From Spirochaetia bacterium (GTDB lineage Bacteria > Spirochaetota > Spirochaetia > SZUA-6 > Bin103), in contig OZ251573.1 in NCBI GenBank assembly GCA_965243545.1, positions 596,217 to 660,216 on the forward strand: 64,000 nucleotides of DNA, written 5' to 3'. Below, piece by piece: positions 9,402 through 18,694 of the stretch. Made by a program: the position numbers and the translations under genes. Each line of letters begins with the position of its first letter. Position 1 is the first letter of the stretch. The notes below the pieces were generated by a model. It did not search any database and had not been told where the DNA came from. It saw only the letters and a list, made by a program, of their open reading frames with translations.

Positions 9402-11780
9402 ATGGCTACGGCACAGATCGGCAAACCGGTCCGCCGCGTCGAAGACCGGAAGTTCATAACCGGCGCCGGCCGGTACACGGACGACATCCTGCTGCCCGGG
9501 CAGACGTGGTGCGCGTTCGCGCGCAGCCCCTACGCCCACGCCGCGGTCGAGCGGGTCGACACCGCCGCCGCGGCGGCGGCGCCCGGCGTGCTTGCGGTCT
9601 ACACCGGCGCGGACGTGGAAGCCGACGGGTTGGGCGGCCTGCCGTGCGCGTGGGCGGTCGACTTCAACACCGGCGAGCCGATGAACGAGCCGCCGCACCC
9701 GGTGCTGGCGTCGAGCACGGTGCGCTACGTCGGCGACGGCGTCGCGTGCGTGGTCGCCGCGACCGCCGAGCAGGCGCAGGACGCCGCCGAGCTGATCGAG
9801 GTGACCTACCGCGAGCTGCCGGCGGTGACCGAAGTGCCGCAGGCGATCGCCGACGGGGCGCCGCAGATCCACCCGGAAGCAAAGGGCAACCTGGCGTTCA
9901 TCTGGGACCTGGGCGACCGCGAAGCGACCGACAAGGCGTGCGCGGAAGCGGCCCACGTCACCACCCTGGAGTTCGTCAACCAGCGGCTCATCCCCAACGC
10001 CATCGAGCCGCGCGCCGCGCTGGCCGACTATGACGCGGCGTCGGGGCGCTCCACGCTGTACACCTCGACGCAGAACCCGCACACGATCCGCGCGGTGATG
10101 GGCGGCGTGCTGGGGTTGCCGGAGCACAAGCTGCGCGTGGTCGGACCCGACGTGGGCGGCGGCTTCGGCAGCAAGATCTTCCATTACCCGGAAGAGGCGG
10201 TCGTCACGTGGTGCGCCCGCAAGGTCGGCCGGCCGGTGAAGTGGGCGGCGTCGCGCACCGAGAGCTTCATGACCGACGCGCACGGCCGCGACCACGTGAC
10301 CAAGGCCGACTTGGCGCTCGACGCCGGCGGGAAGTTCCTGGCGTTGCGCGTCCGCACGCAGTCGAACATGGGCGCGTATCTGTCGCTGGTGGCGCCGGCC
10401 ATCCCCACCTACTTGTACGGCACGCTGCTGCAGGGCCAATACACGACGCCGGCCATTCACGTCGAGGTGACCGCCGCCTTCACCAACACGACCCCGGTCG
10501 ACGCGTACCGCGGCGCCGGCCGGCCGGAGGCGACCTACCTGCTGGAACGGCTGGTCGATGCGGCTGCGCATGAAACCGGCGCGGCGCCCGACGAGCTGCG
10601 CCGCCGCAACTTCATCCCGCCATTCGACGGCGTCACCGAACCCGGCTATCAGACGCAGGTCGCAATGGTCTACGACAGCGGCAACTACCAGGCGGCCATG
10701 GACCGCGCGCTGGAGCTGTTCGACCTGCCGGCGTTCCGCGCCGAGCAACAGGCCGCGCGGGCGGAGGGCCGGCTGGTCGGCGTCGGCTTCTCCAGCTACA
10801 TCGAAGCGTGCGGCGTCGCGCCGTCCAAGGTGGCCGGAGCGCTCGGCGCGCGCGGCGGCTTCTACGAAAGCTCGACCGTCCGCGTCCAGCCGTCCGGCAA
10901 GGTGACGGTCTTTACCGGCACCCACTCGCACGGTCAGGGGCACGTCACCACCTTCGCGCAGGTGGTCGCCGACGAGCTCGGCATCCCGATGGAGGACGTC
11001 GAGGTCGTCCACGGCGACACCGACGTGATCCCGATGGGCAACGGCACGGCCGGATCGCGCAGCATCGCCGTGGGCGGCAGCGCCATAGCCTTGAGCCTGG
11101 GCAAGATCAAGAAGAAGGGGGCGCAGATCGCCGCTCACCTGATCGAGGCGTCGCCCGAGGACCTGGAGTACGCGGACGGCGGCTGGAAGGTGCGCGGCAC
11201 CGACCGCGGCATGAGCTTCCAGGAGGTGGCCGCGCAGGCGTACACCGTGCACAACTACCCCGACGGCGTGGAGCCGGGCCTGGAGTTCACCTCGTTCTTC
11301 GACCCCGAAAACTTCACCTTTCCGTTCGGGACGCACATAGCCGTGGTCGAGATCGACGCCGACACCGGCCAAGTCCGGCTCAAGCGGTTCGTGGCGGTCG
11401 ACGACGTCGGCAAGGTGATCAACCCGCTGATCGTCGACGGACAGGTGCACGGCGGCATCACGCAGGGCGTCGGTCAGGCGTTGCTGGAAGGCGCAGCCTA
11501 TGACGATGCCGGCCAGCTGCTCACCGGCTCCTACATGGACTACGCGCTGCCGAGGGCCGACGACGTGCCGTCCTACGAGGTCGACCGCACCGAAACGCGG
11601 TGTCCGGTCAACCCGCTCGGCGTCAAGGGCGCCGGCGAGACCGGCACGATCGGTTCCACGCCGGCGGTGGTCAACGCCGCCGTCGACGCGCTCCGGCATC
11701 TGGGGGTGCAGGACCTGCAGATGCCGCTCACACCGCAACGGGTCTGGCGCGCCATGCGCGCCAATGGAGGCGCCACGTGA
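9402..11780 (+). CDS. Molybdopterin-binding large subunit, CoxL-like form II (AYRGAGR motif)
   Basis: 792 aa, and the start is preceded by AGGAGGGAG. The active-site loop reads [10 protein letters not shown] (form-II signature) rather than the VAYRCSFR of true CO dehydrogenase. Confidence 0.85.
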   Translation: MATAQIGKPVRRVEDRKFITGAGRYTDDILLPGQTWCAFARSPYAHAAVERVDTAAAAAAPGVLAVYTGADVEADGLGGLPCAWAVDFNTGEPMNEPPHPVLASSTVRYVGDGVACVVAATAEQAQDAAELIEVTYRELPAVTEVPQAIADGAPQIHPEAKGNLAFIWDLGDREATDKACAEAAHVTTLEFVNQRLIPNAIEPRAALADYDAASGRSTLYTSTQNPHTIRAVMGGVLGLPEHKLRVVGPDVGGGFGSKIFHYPEEAVVTWCARKVGRPVKWAASRTESFMTDAHGRDHVTKADLALDAGGKFLALRVRTQSNMGAYLSLVAPAIPTYLYGTLLQGQYTTPAIHVEVTAAFTNTTPVDAYRGAGRPEATYLLERLVDAAAHETGAAPDELRRRNFIPPFDGVTEPGYQTQVAMVYDSGNYQAAMDRALELFDLPAFRAEQQAARAEGRLVGVGFSSYIEACGVAPSKVAGALGARGGFYESSTVRVQPSGKVTVFTGTHSHGQGHVTTFAQVVADELGIPMEDVEVVHGDTDVIPMGNGTAGSRSIAVGGSAIALSLGKIKKKGAQIAAHLIEASPEDLEYADGGWKVRGTDRGMSFQEVAAQAYTVHNYPDGVEPGLEFTSFFDPENFTFPFGTHIAVVEIDADTGQVRLKRFVAVDDVGKVINPLIVDGQVHGGITQGVGQALLEGAAYDDAGQLLTGSYMDYALPRADDVPSYEVDRTETRCPVNPLGVKGAGETGTIGSTPAVVNAAVDALRHLGVQDLQMPLTPQRVWRAMRANGGAT

Positions 11781-12628
11781 TTCCCGCGACGTTCACCTAT
11801 CGCCGCGCCGCTTCGATCGACGAAGCGTTGCGGATGCTCGACGAATCGGGCGGCGACGCCCGATTGCTCGCCGGCGGACACAGCCTGCTGCCCGCCATGA
11901 AGCTCCGGCTCGACCGGCCGGGCGCCGTGATCGACATCAGCCGCATCGACGAGTTGGCCGCGATTGAGGAGAGCGGCGGCGGCGTGCGCATCGGCGCCGC
12001 CGCCACGCACGACCGGATCGCCTCCTGCAGCGTGGTGGGAGCGCGGGCGCCGCTGGTGGCCGCCGCCGCCGGCGTGATCGGCGACGTGCAGGTGCGCAAC
12101 AAGGGCACCATCGGCGGCAGCGTCGCGCACGCCGACCCGGCGGCCGACTACCCGGCCGCGCTGCTGGCGTCGGACGCGGTGATCCACGTGCGCGGTTCCG
12201 GCGGCAGCCGGCAGATCGCCGCGGCCGACTTCTTCGTCGACCTGTACGCGACCGCTCTGGAGGATGGCGAGATCGTGACCGCGGTGGAGGTCCCGGATCA
12301 GGGCGGCGCCGGCAGCAGCTACCGGAAGTTCCCGCATCCCGCTTCGCGGTTCGCGGTCTGCGGCGCGGCCGTGTCGGTCGTCACGGACGGCGGCCTCTGC
12401 ACGCGCGCGCGCGTGGCGCTGAACGGAGTCGCCGCCGCCGCGTTTCGGGACTCCGGTGTCGAGTCGGCGCTGGAAGGGGCGGCGCTCGACGCCGGCGCCA
12501 TTGCGGCCGCCGCGGCCAAGGCCGCCGACGGACGGGAGCTGCTCTCCGATCTGTTCGCCGACCAGGACTACCGGCGCCATCTGGCCAAGGTGTTCGTGCG
12601 CCGCGCGCTGACCGCCGCGACCGCATAG
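11777..12628 (+). CDS. FAD-binding medium subunit (CoxM-like)
   Basis: GTG start overlaps the coxL-like stop (GTGA) and has GGAGG upstream. The FAD-binding PCMH-type domain contains AGGHSLL. Confidence 0.8.
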   Translation: MIPATFTYRRAASIDEALRMLDESGGDARLLAGGHSLLPAMKLRLDRPGAVIDISRIDELAAIEESGGGVRIGAAATHDRIASCSVVGARAPLVAAAAGVIGDVQVRNKGTIGGSVAHADPAADYPAALLASDAVIHVRGSGGSRQIAAADFFVDLYATALEDGEIVTAVEVPDQGGAGSSYRKFPHPASRFAVCGAAVSVVTDGGLCTRARVALNGVAAAAFRDSGVESALEGAALDAGAIAAAAAKAADGRELLSDLFADQDYRRHLAKVFVRRALTAATA

Positions 12629-12674
12629 GGGCGGCCGGCTGGCCGGAGCGGCGCCGGCAGGGTATAGTTCTGCC

Positions 12675-13415
12675 ATGCAGGAGAACCGAGGAGCGGTAGC
12701 GGCCCTTCGCGATGAGGACCTGATAGAGCTGTTCGGCCGGCGGCTGCCGGAGCTGCTGGCGCGCCGTCCGGAACTCGAGCCGGTCATCTACCACGGGTTT
12801 CTCAAAGTATTCGCGCGTCGCGACGAGGTCGCCGTGGTGGTGGCCGAGTTGCGGGCGCTCCGTACGGAGATGGACCAGCGCTTCGACCAAGTGGACCAGC
12901 GCTTCGACCAAGTGGACCAGCGCTTCGTTCAGGTGGACCAGCGCTTCGTTCAGGTGGACCAGCGCTTCGTTCAGGTGGACGAGCGCGCCGAACGTCACGA
13001 ATCGGAAATGAAGGAGTTCCGCGCCGAAATGAATGCGCGGTTCGTCGATGTCCATCGGGCGATCGACCGGCTGGGGGCGCGCTGGGGGATCCGCAACGAG
13101 AGCCTGTTTCGACAGACGATTGCGTCACTGCTCGAACAGTCCTTCGGAGTCTCCGTCGAACAGCGCACGATCGCCGGCGAACAGTTCGACGTTCTGATCT
13201 ACGATCACCAGCACGTACTCGTCGAGATCGCCGCCAGCGTGGGGCGCACCATTCAGGCGCGGCTGGAACGCAAACGGCGGCTGTACGAAGAGTCGACCGG
13301 GATACGGCCGACCCGGGTCATTCTGGCCACGGCGTCGATCCACAGCCGGCGCGCCCACGAGCTGCGAAAGGCCGGCATCGAAGTGATAGAACCGGAGGAA
13401 ATGGACGTCGCGTGA
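12675..13415 (+). CDS. DUF3782-type protein: N-terminal heptad-repeat coiled coil plus C-terminal PD-(D/E)XK-like domain
   Basis: DQRF(D/V)QV is repeated five times, and the C-terminus reads LGARWGIRNESLFRQTIASLLEQSFG..DVLIYD..VLVEIAAS. Confidence 0.65.
   Translation: MQENRGAVAALRDEDLIELFGRRLPELLARRPELEPVIYHGFLKVFARRDEVAVVVAELRALRTEMDQRFDQVDQRFDQVDQRFVQVDQRFVQVDQRFVQVDERAERHESEMKEFRAEMNARFVDVHRAIDRLGARWGIRNESLFRQTIASLLEQSFGVSVEQRTIAGEQFDVLIYDHQHVLVEIAASVGRTIQARLERKRRLYEESTGIRPTRVILATASIHSRRAHELRKAGIEVIEPEEMDVA
12873..12977 (+). repeat. Perfect/near-perfect 21-bp tandem repeat x5 (GACCAGCGCTTCGACCAAGTG / ..GTTCAGGTG) inside the DUF3782 gene
   Basis: Read directly; it encodes the DQRFDQV heptads. 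Confidence 0.9.
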
Positions 13416-13454
13416 CCTGGGTCGCGGGATGACCTAGTCCCGGGCGACCTTCGG

Positions 13455-14741
13455 TTACGAGGGGATTTCTTGCAGGACCTCACGCATCGCCGCCAGCGCG
13501 CGGTCGATGTCTTCGTCGGTGTGGGCGGTCGACAGGTAGATCTTCTCGTACGGGCTGACGAAGAAGCCGCGCCGGATCATGCCGACGCCGAAGCGGAACG
13601 CCCGCTCCTTGTCGGCGTAGAGCATGGTCCGGTAATCGGTTATGTCCTCCGCCCCGGTGAACAACACCTGCAAGACCGGACCGTCGCCGCCGACCAGCAG
13701 CGGGATCGACAACTCGCGGCCCATCGCCTCGACCTCGGCGCGGATGCGGTCGGCCATGGCGTGCAGGCGTTCATAGACGCCCGGCCGAGCCAGTACGTCG
13801 AGCGTGGCAAGTCCGGCCGCCGCCGAGATCGGATTGCCGTTGAAGGTGCCGGACACGAAGGTCCGTTGCGGGTCTGACCGCTCGCGCCACGGATTGACCG
13901 TCTCCAGCACGTCGGCGCGACCGCAGACCGCGGCGTTGGGGTGACCGCCGCTGATCGTCTTGCCGTAGGCGGCCAGGTCCGGTACCACGCCGTACCGCTC
14001 CTGCGCCCCGCCCCAGGCGATGCGGAAACCGGTCACCACCTCATCGAAGATCAGGATGATGCCGTGCGCGGCGGTCAGCTCCCGTAGCGTCTCCAAAAAC
14101 GGCGGCTGGGGCCGGATGCACCGCTGCAGCGGTTCCACGCAGACCGCCGCCAGCTCGCCGGCGTGGCGTTCGATCAGCTCCCGCGCCATCGCCGCGTCGT
14201 TGAATGGCGACACCAGCAGATCGTCGGACAACGCCGGCGGCAGGCCGGCGACGTCGGCGACGGCGCGCGGATAGTCGCTCGGCGCCGGCGGTCGCGCGCC
14301 ATGCAGCGCAAAGTCGCTGACGCCGTGCCAGCCGCCCTCGAAGCGCAATACGCGCCGGCGGCCGGTGAAGGCGCGCGCCATGCGCACGGCAAAGGAGACC
14401 GCGTCGGAGCCGGTGCCGACGAAGCGGATCTTCTCCCCGCAGGGAGCGGCGTCGACGATGCGCTCACCCAGCTCGATGACCGGCCGGTTGAGGCCGAAGA
14501 AGGTGGCGCCGCGCTGCAGTTGCGCGGTCACCGCGGCGATCACCTCAGGATGGCAGTGTCCCAGGATCATCGGCCCGCTGCCGTTCAGAAAATCGACGTA
14601 CCGGCGTCCGTCGGCGTCGTAGAGCTTGCTGCCCTCTCCGCGCACGAACACCATGGAGACTTCGGGCGGCAGATGGAACTCCCCCATCGTGCCGCCCACG
14701 AACACCCGTCCCGCCCGTTGCAGCAGGTCCGCTTGAGCCAT
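13455..14741 (-). CDS. Class III aminotransferase (glutamate-1-semialdehyde 2,1-aminomutase-like)
   Basis: MAQADLLQRAGRVFVGG start lies inside ORF 13455..15194. Motifs IFDEVVTGFR and YGKTISGG (PLP lysine) are present. Confidence 0.8.
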   Translation of the reverse strand: MAQADLLQRAGRVFVGGTMGEFHLPPEVSMVFVRGEGSKLYDADGRRYVDFLNGSGPMILGHCHPEVIAAVTAQLQRGATFFGLNRPVIELGERIVDAAPCGEKIRFVGTGSDAVSFAVRMARAFTGRRRVLRFEGGWHGVSDFALHGARPPAPSDYPRAVADVAGLPPALSDDLLVSPFNDAAMARELIERHAGELAAVCVEPLQRCIRPQPPFLETLRELTAAHGIILIFDEVVTGFRIAWGGAQERYGVVPDLAAYGKTISGGHPNAAVCGRADVLETVNPWRERSDPQRTFVSGTFNGNPISAAAGLATLDVLARPGVYERLHAMADRIRAEVEAMGRELSIPLLVGGDGPVLQVLFTGAEDITDYRTMLYADKERAFRFGVGMIRRGFFVSPYEKIYLSTAHTDEDIDRALAAMREVLQEIPS

Positions 14742-14806
14742 GCGGACACCGTAGCACGGCAGGCGCCGCCGGCGCGACCGGCGCGCGCGGCGTGGCGGCG
14801 CCCGGC

Positions 14807-15456
14807 CTAAGCGCCCAGTCGGAACGGCGGGTAGCGGTCGGTCGTCAGCAGGAACGCGTACGCGGCGACCCGGAGTCCCCAGCGCATCAGGTCCTCCAGG
14901 AACCGGAATATCCACTCGGGGAGCCGGCCGGTAAACAGGATGGCGAACCAGCCGATGATGGTCGCGATCGCGCCGGCGAGACTCAGAACGCTCAGCGCCA
15001 CGTAGTGGGGTATGGCCAGGAACCACTTGATCAGCGGCAGCACGGGATGGAGATCGTTCTGCGCGTCCGGGTACTCGATGTCGACGGTCACGGCCTGCCG
15101 CTCGTCGGTGGATGGATAGTCGTCCCGCAGCAGGAGCACGTAGGCGCTGATCCTGGCCGTGAACCGCGACACCTCCAGGTTCCAGTCGAACCACCAGCGC
15201 GGGTACTTCCGGCGGAACAGGATCATCAGCGCGGTGGCTATGAACAGGCCGGCCGCGACGAACAGCGCCGCATCGGAGCGGACCCAGCTCCCCCCGTCTC
15301 CCCGCTCGAACGGAGCAGTAGCTCCCACCAGGGAACCGATGATCAGAATCGGAATCGCCAGGATCGGCCGCACCAGCACGGTCAGCCGGTTGCGCGGCCC
15401 GTCGGGCTGCTCTACGGAGAGCGTTACCGGATAGTCCTGGGGCGATTTGTCAGCCA
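14807..15456 (-). CDS. DUF4389-like membrane protein
   Basis: Two TM segments with FLAIPHYVALSVL and WFAILFTGRLPE. GTG start with GAGGAG 7 nt upstream. Confidence 0.6.
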
Positions 15457-15528
15457 CGTCTAGCTCCTCGGAGCGGTCGTGGTTTCCTCGGCCTGCCGGC
15501 CGGGGCGACCGCAACGGCGCCTACGCTA

Positions 15529-18500
15529 TCACACCTTCGTCGCCGCGTCTACCGGTGGATCGATCATCCGGAACAGGTAGCCGTAGGAAGCGGGCTCTTC
15601 GCGGAACAGGATGTGCCGTTCACCGAAGCGCTCGCGGTCCCAGGCGCCGTCGTCGTAACGGGTGCGGAGTTCCGCGTAGGGCGTGGCGGAGACGATGAAG
15701 GAATCCAGGGTCACGTTCTTGAGCGCGGTGCGGGACGCCAGCGCCGCGGCCAGTCGCGGCAGGGACTCGTGGAGCCGGGCCTTGCCGTCGTGCCGGTACG
15801 CTTCGGCGTGCAACATGCCGTGCGGTTCGATGAAGACGATCCGCTGCGCCGCGCCCTCCTTGATCCACAGGATGAAGTCGGGATAGAAGCCGCGCTTCTC
15901 GAAGAAGCCGACGCCCTTGCCGCGGCTCAGGTTGCGCAGGAGATATATCTCCTTGCCGGCGAGAGATCGATCCCGCTCACCCAGGCAGTACGCCCGCAGG
16001 TCCATCACGAAACGCCGCTCCGCCTGGTTGAGTCCCGGCGGGTCGCTCTTCACCTTGTCGCCGCCATCCACCAACAGCGGCTGATACAGGTGACGGTCGA
16101 AGTGAACGGCCGGCAACTCCAGGCTCTCCTCACGATAGACGCGGTCCGCTTCGTCGATGAGCTTCCGAATCGCGTCGATCAGCTCCGCCTCGCTACGCGC
16201 GACCCGAACCGTGTAGTCCCGGAAGTTCGCGTCATCCTGGTCGATCTCGGCGTAGACCATGTGCTCAGATTCCCAGCGCTCCCGGCAGGCGCGATAGAAC
16301 CGGTCCGCGTAGCTCCGCAGGATGGACAGCACCGCCTCATGCAGCGCCTCGATCCCGGCAAAGGAGTGCGGCGTAACGACCGTATCTTCCGCGATCAGGG
16401 TGTAGAGCCGGTCGGGCTCGGTCGTCTCGACGATCGTGCGCGCGGTCTCCGGCCGAACGACCAGGTTGGCGTATCCCCTGGTCTCCTTGTAGTCGAGGAG
16501 CTCCAGGTAGACCCGTTGCCAATCCACCAACGCCAGGCTGCCGGCCGGAATCGCCAGGTCGCGGCCGCCGCTCATCGCCGCCGCCCGCAGGCCGCCGGCG
16601 CCGCTTTCCAGCGACTGCACCTTGAGCGAAAGGTCCACGCGCGCCCGGATTCCGGGATCGGCTTCCAGCAGGAGGAACGCCTCATCGACGAAGCTCCGGC
16701 CCTCCGGCACGCGCGGCACCACCAAGCCTTTGTTCAAGAAATCCCGGTTCGTCCTGATGCCGAGCGGCAACTCGACCACCGCATCGATCTCGATGCCTTC
16801 TTTTTCCAGGTACGCGCGAAACTGGGTCATGTAGTCGGCGCGCACGGCGAACACGTTGAGCGTTTCCAGCAGGCCGAGGCCGGCCGGGTGATTGCCCTCC
16901 GGCGCCACGCTTCCGCTCAGCGCCGCGCTCCGCTTCAGGCCGTAGCCTCGGCCGCGCAGGCGGACGCCGCGCCCGAAGAGCTGGATGATTTCCGATCCTT
17001 CCCGGCGGCCGATGTTGAGCAATCCCATGCTCGATACCCGCCACGAGTTCCAGCCCTCCATGAACTTCTTGGCGCCGATAAGCACGTCGATGGTGGTGTC
17101 CGCGCGGCCGATGGAGTCGAACAGCGATCCGCTCACCGCGTCCTCTTCCAGCGTGAACCCGGAGTCGTCTTCCTCGGCGAGCTTGCGAAAGGCGGCGGTG
17201 TCGCCGATGTAGATCAGTCCGAAGTAGTGCTCCGCGCCGCTCGCCTTCAACCCGATTTCGCCCGCGCTGCCGCGGATGGCGCACAGATGCAGGCCGCCGG
17301 CGGCGGGCGCGTGCAGCACCGCGGCGAGCAGGTCGCGGTACAGCGCCGCCGGAGGAGCGCCGGACGCGCGCAAATACTGGAATCGACCTTCGAACGCGTC
17401 CATCCCGTCCGGCGTGACCAGTCCCGACCGGCCGCCGATCAACTCTTCGATTGTCCGCACGGCCCAGCCCTGGCGGTTTTCCAGCACGCGGTGCAGGAAT
17501 CGGGCGACCGCCAGCACGTCGCTCCGCTTCCGTCCCGCCCTGGTGTAGACGGCGTTCACGGTGCCGCCGACGAAGACCCACAGCGGCCGTTCCAGGTGGT
17601 AGGGCCGCAGCTCCCCGGCCCGTTCGCGGAACACCCGTTGCTGTTCGTAGAAGGACAACAGGTTGCCGAGCAGCAACGCGTCGGTGCGCTCCTCCGCGGT
17701 CTCCTCGCGCAGGTTGAGCACCCGAAAGTCCTTGCCGTATCCGTCGCCGTGGAAGTAGCGGTAGGAGTAGTCGAAGATGATCGACTTGCCGTATTCGGCG
17801 GTGAGTTCGTCGTTGCGCGCCGCGCTCAGCGCCTGCCCGAAGGTGGCGCTGTACTCGAACGTGAAACCGGTCTGGCCCAGCGCGTCGCGGAAGCTCCGCC
17901 AAGCGGCGCCGCCGGAGCCTTTGTGCCCCTCGTCCACGAAGATCAGGTTGTTGCCCTCGAACGCCTCCACCGGCACGCGCACGCCGCCGCCGCGCTTTTC
18001 CTGCACCAGCTTGGTGATCTCGATGACGGTCACCTCGTTCTCGGCGGCGGTGAGCAGACCGCCCGCGTTCGGGTCGAAACGGCGGCAGCGGATGTCCGAG
18101 GCGGCCAGCTCCGCCGCGTGCTGCTCGCTCAACCCTTCGTTCGGCGTGATCAGCAGCACGTTGTCGAGCGGCTCCCGGTTGTAGTGCAGAAACTGCCGGT
18201 AGTTGACGTGCATGATCAGCGTCTTGCCGCTGCCGGTCGCCATCCAGAACGCCAGCTTTTTCAGGTCAGATTCGCTGAATTCGACCTTGGGAGCGGGCCG
18301 GCGCCACGCGAAGTCGTTGAGCAAGCGGAGAGTCTCGCGCCGGTGATGGAAGTAGCGGTCCAGAAACAGTTCCGTATACAGCAGCGCGGCGTGCTGGAAG
18401 TAACGCAGGGTGATCGGTTCCGGCCGCCGGGCGTTCACCGCCCCCAGGTGCCCGCGGACGTTCCGGTCGTAGCGCGCAAGGTCCGCAGCGGGCACCCGCA

Positions 18501-18690
18501 CCCGGCCGCCGCGCGCCGCCAGCAGGTGCCAGACGTGGCTGCGGCCGCTTTCGTCGAATCCTTCCTCGGCCCGCTCCAGATCGCCGAGCAGGTCACGGTT
18601 GCTGCCGTAGCCGAACAAACCGTTCAGCCACGCCAGCAGGACCAGCCGCTGCTCCAAGCCGGCGTGCTGCGCAGCGCCCCGCCGCGCCAT
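15529..18690 (-). CDS. res: Type III restriction enzyme Res subunit (superfamily-2 helicase with C-terminal PD-(D/E)XK endonuclease)
   Basis: Motif I MATGSGKTL and DExH FVDEGHKG are spaced as in EcoP15I Res. The C-terminal FYPDFILWIKEG...IVFIEPHG aligns with Res YSPDFAYVVKTAEG...FIIETK. The start lies 5 nt after the mod stop. Confidence 0.8.
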   Translation of the reverse strand: MARRGAAQHAGLEQRLVLLAWLNGLFGYGSNRDLLGDLERAEEGFDESGRSHVWHLLAARGGRVRVPAADLARYDRNVRGHLGAVNARRPEPITLRYFQHAALLYTELFLDRYFHHRRETLRLLNDFAWRRPAPKVEFSESDLKKLAFWMATGSGKTLIMHVNYRQFLHYNREPLDNVLLITPNEGLSEQHAAELAASDIRCRRFDPNAGGLLTAAENEVTVIEITKLVQEKRGGGVRVPVEAFEGNNLIFVDEGHKGSGGAAWRSFRDALGQTGFTFEYSATFGQALSAARNDELTAEYGKSIIFDYSYRYFHGDGYGKDFRVLNLREETAEERTDALLLGNLLSFYEQQRVFRERAGELRPYHLERPLWVFVGGTVNAVYTRAGRKRSDVLAVARFLHRVLENRQGWAVRTIEELIGGRSGLVTPDGMDAFEGRFQYLRASGAPPAALYRDLLAAVLHAPAAGGLHLCAIRGSAGEIGLKASGAEHYFGLIYIGDTAAFRKLAEEDDSGFTLEEDAVSGSLFDSIGRADTTIDVLIGAKKFMEGWNSWRVSSMGLLNIGRREGSEIIQLFGRGVRLRGRGYGLKRSAALSGSVAPEGNHPAGLGLLETLNVFAVRADYMTQFRAYLEKEGIEIDAVVELPLGIRTNRDFLNKGLVVPRVPEGRSFVDEAFLLLEADPGIRARVDLSLKVQSLESGAGGLRAAAMSGGRDLAIPAGSLALVDWQRVYLELLDYKETRGYANLVVRPETARTIVETTEPDRLYTLIAEDTVVTPHSFAGIEALHEAVLSILRSYADRFYRACRERWESEHMVYAEIDQDDANFRDYTVRVARSEAELIDAIRKLIDEADRVYREESLELPAVHFDRHLYQPLLVDGGDKVKSDPPGLNQAERRFVMDLRAYCLGERDRSLAGKEIYLLRNLSRGKGVGFFEKRGFYPDFILWIKEGAAQRIVFIEPHGMLHAEAYRHDGKARLHESLPRLAAALASRTALKNVTLDSFIVSATPYAELRTRYDDGAWDRERFGERHILFREEPASYGYLFRMIDPPVDAATKV

Positions 18691-18694
18691 TTCG

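Noticed and set aside
8163-11738. 1191-aa minus-strand ORF
   Set aside because: Antisense to the coxS/L/M-like genes; low-complexity RG-rich translation and no motifs.
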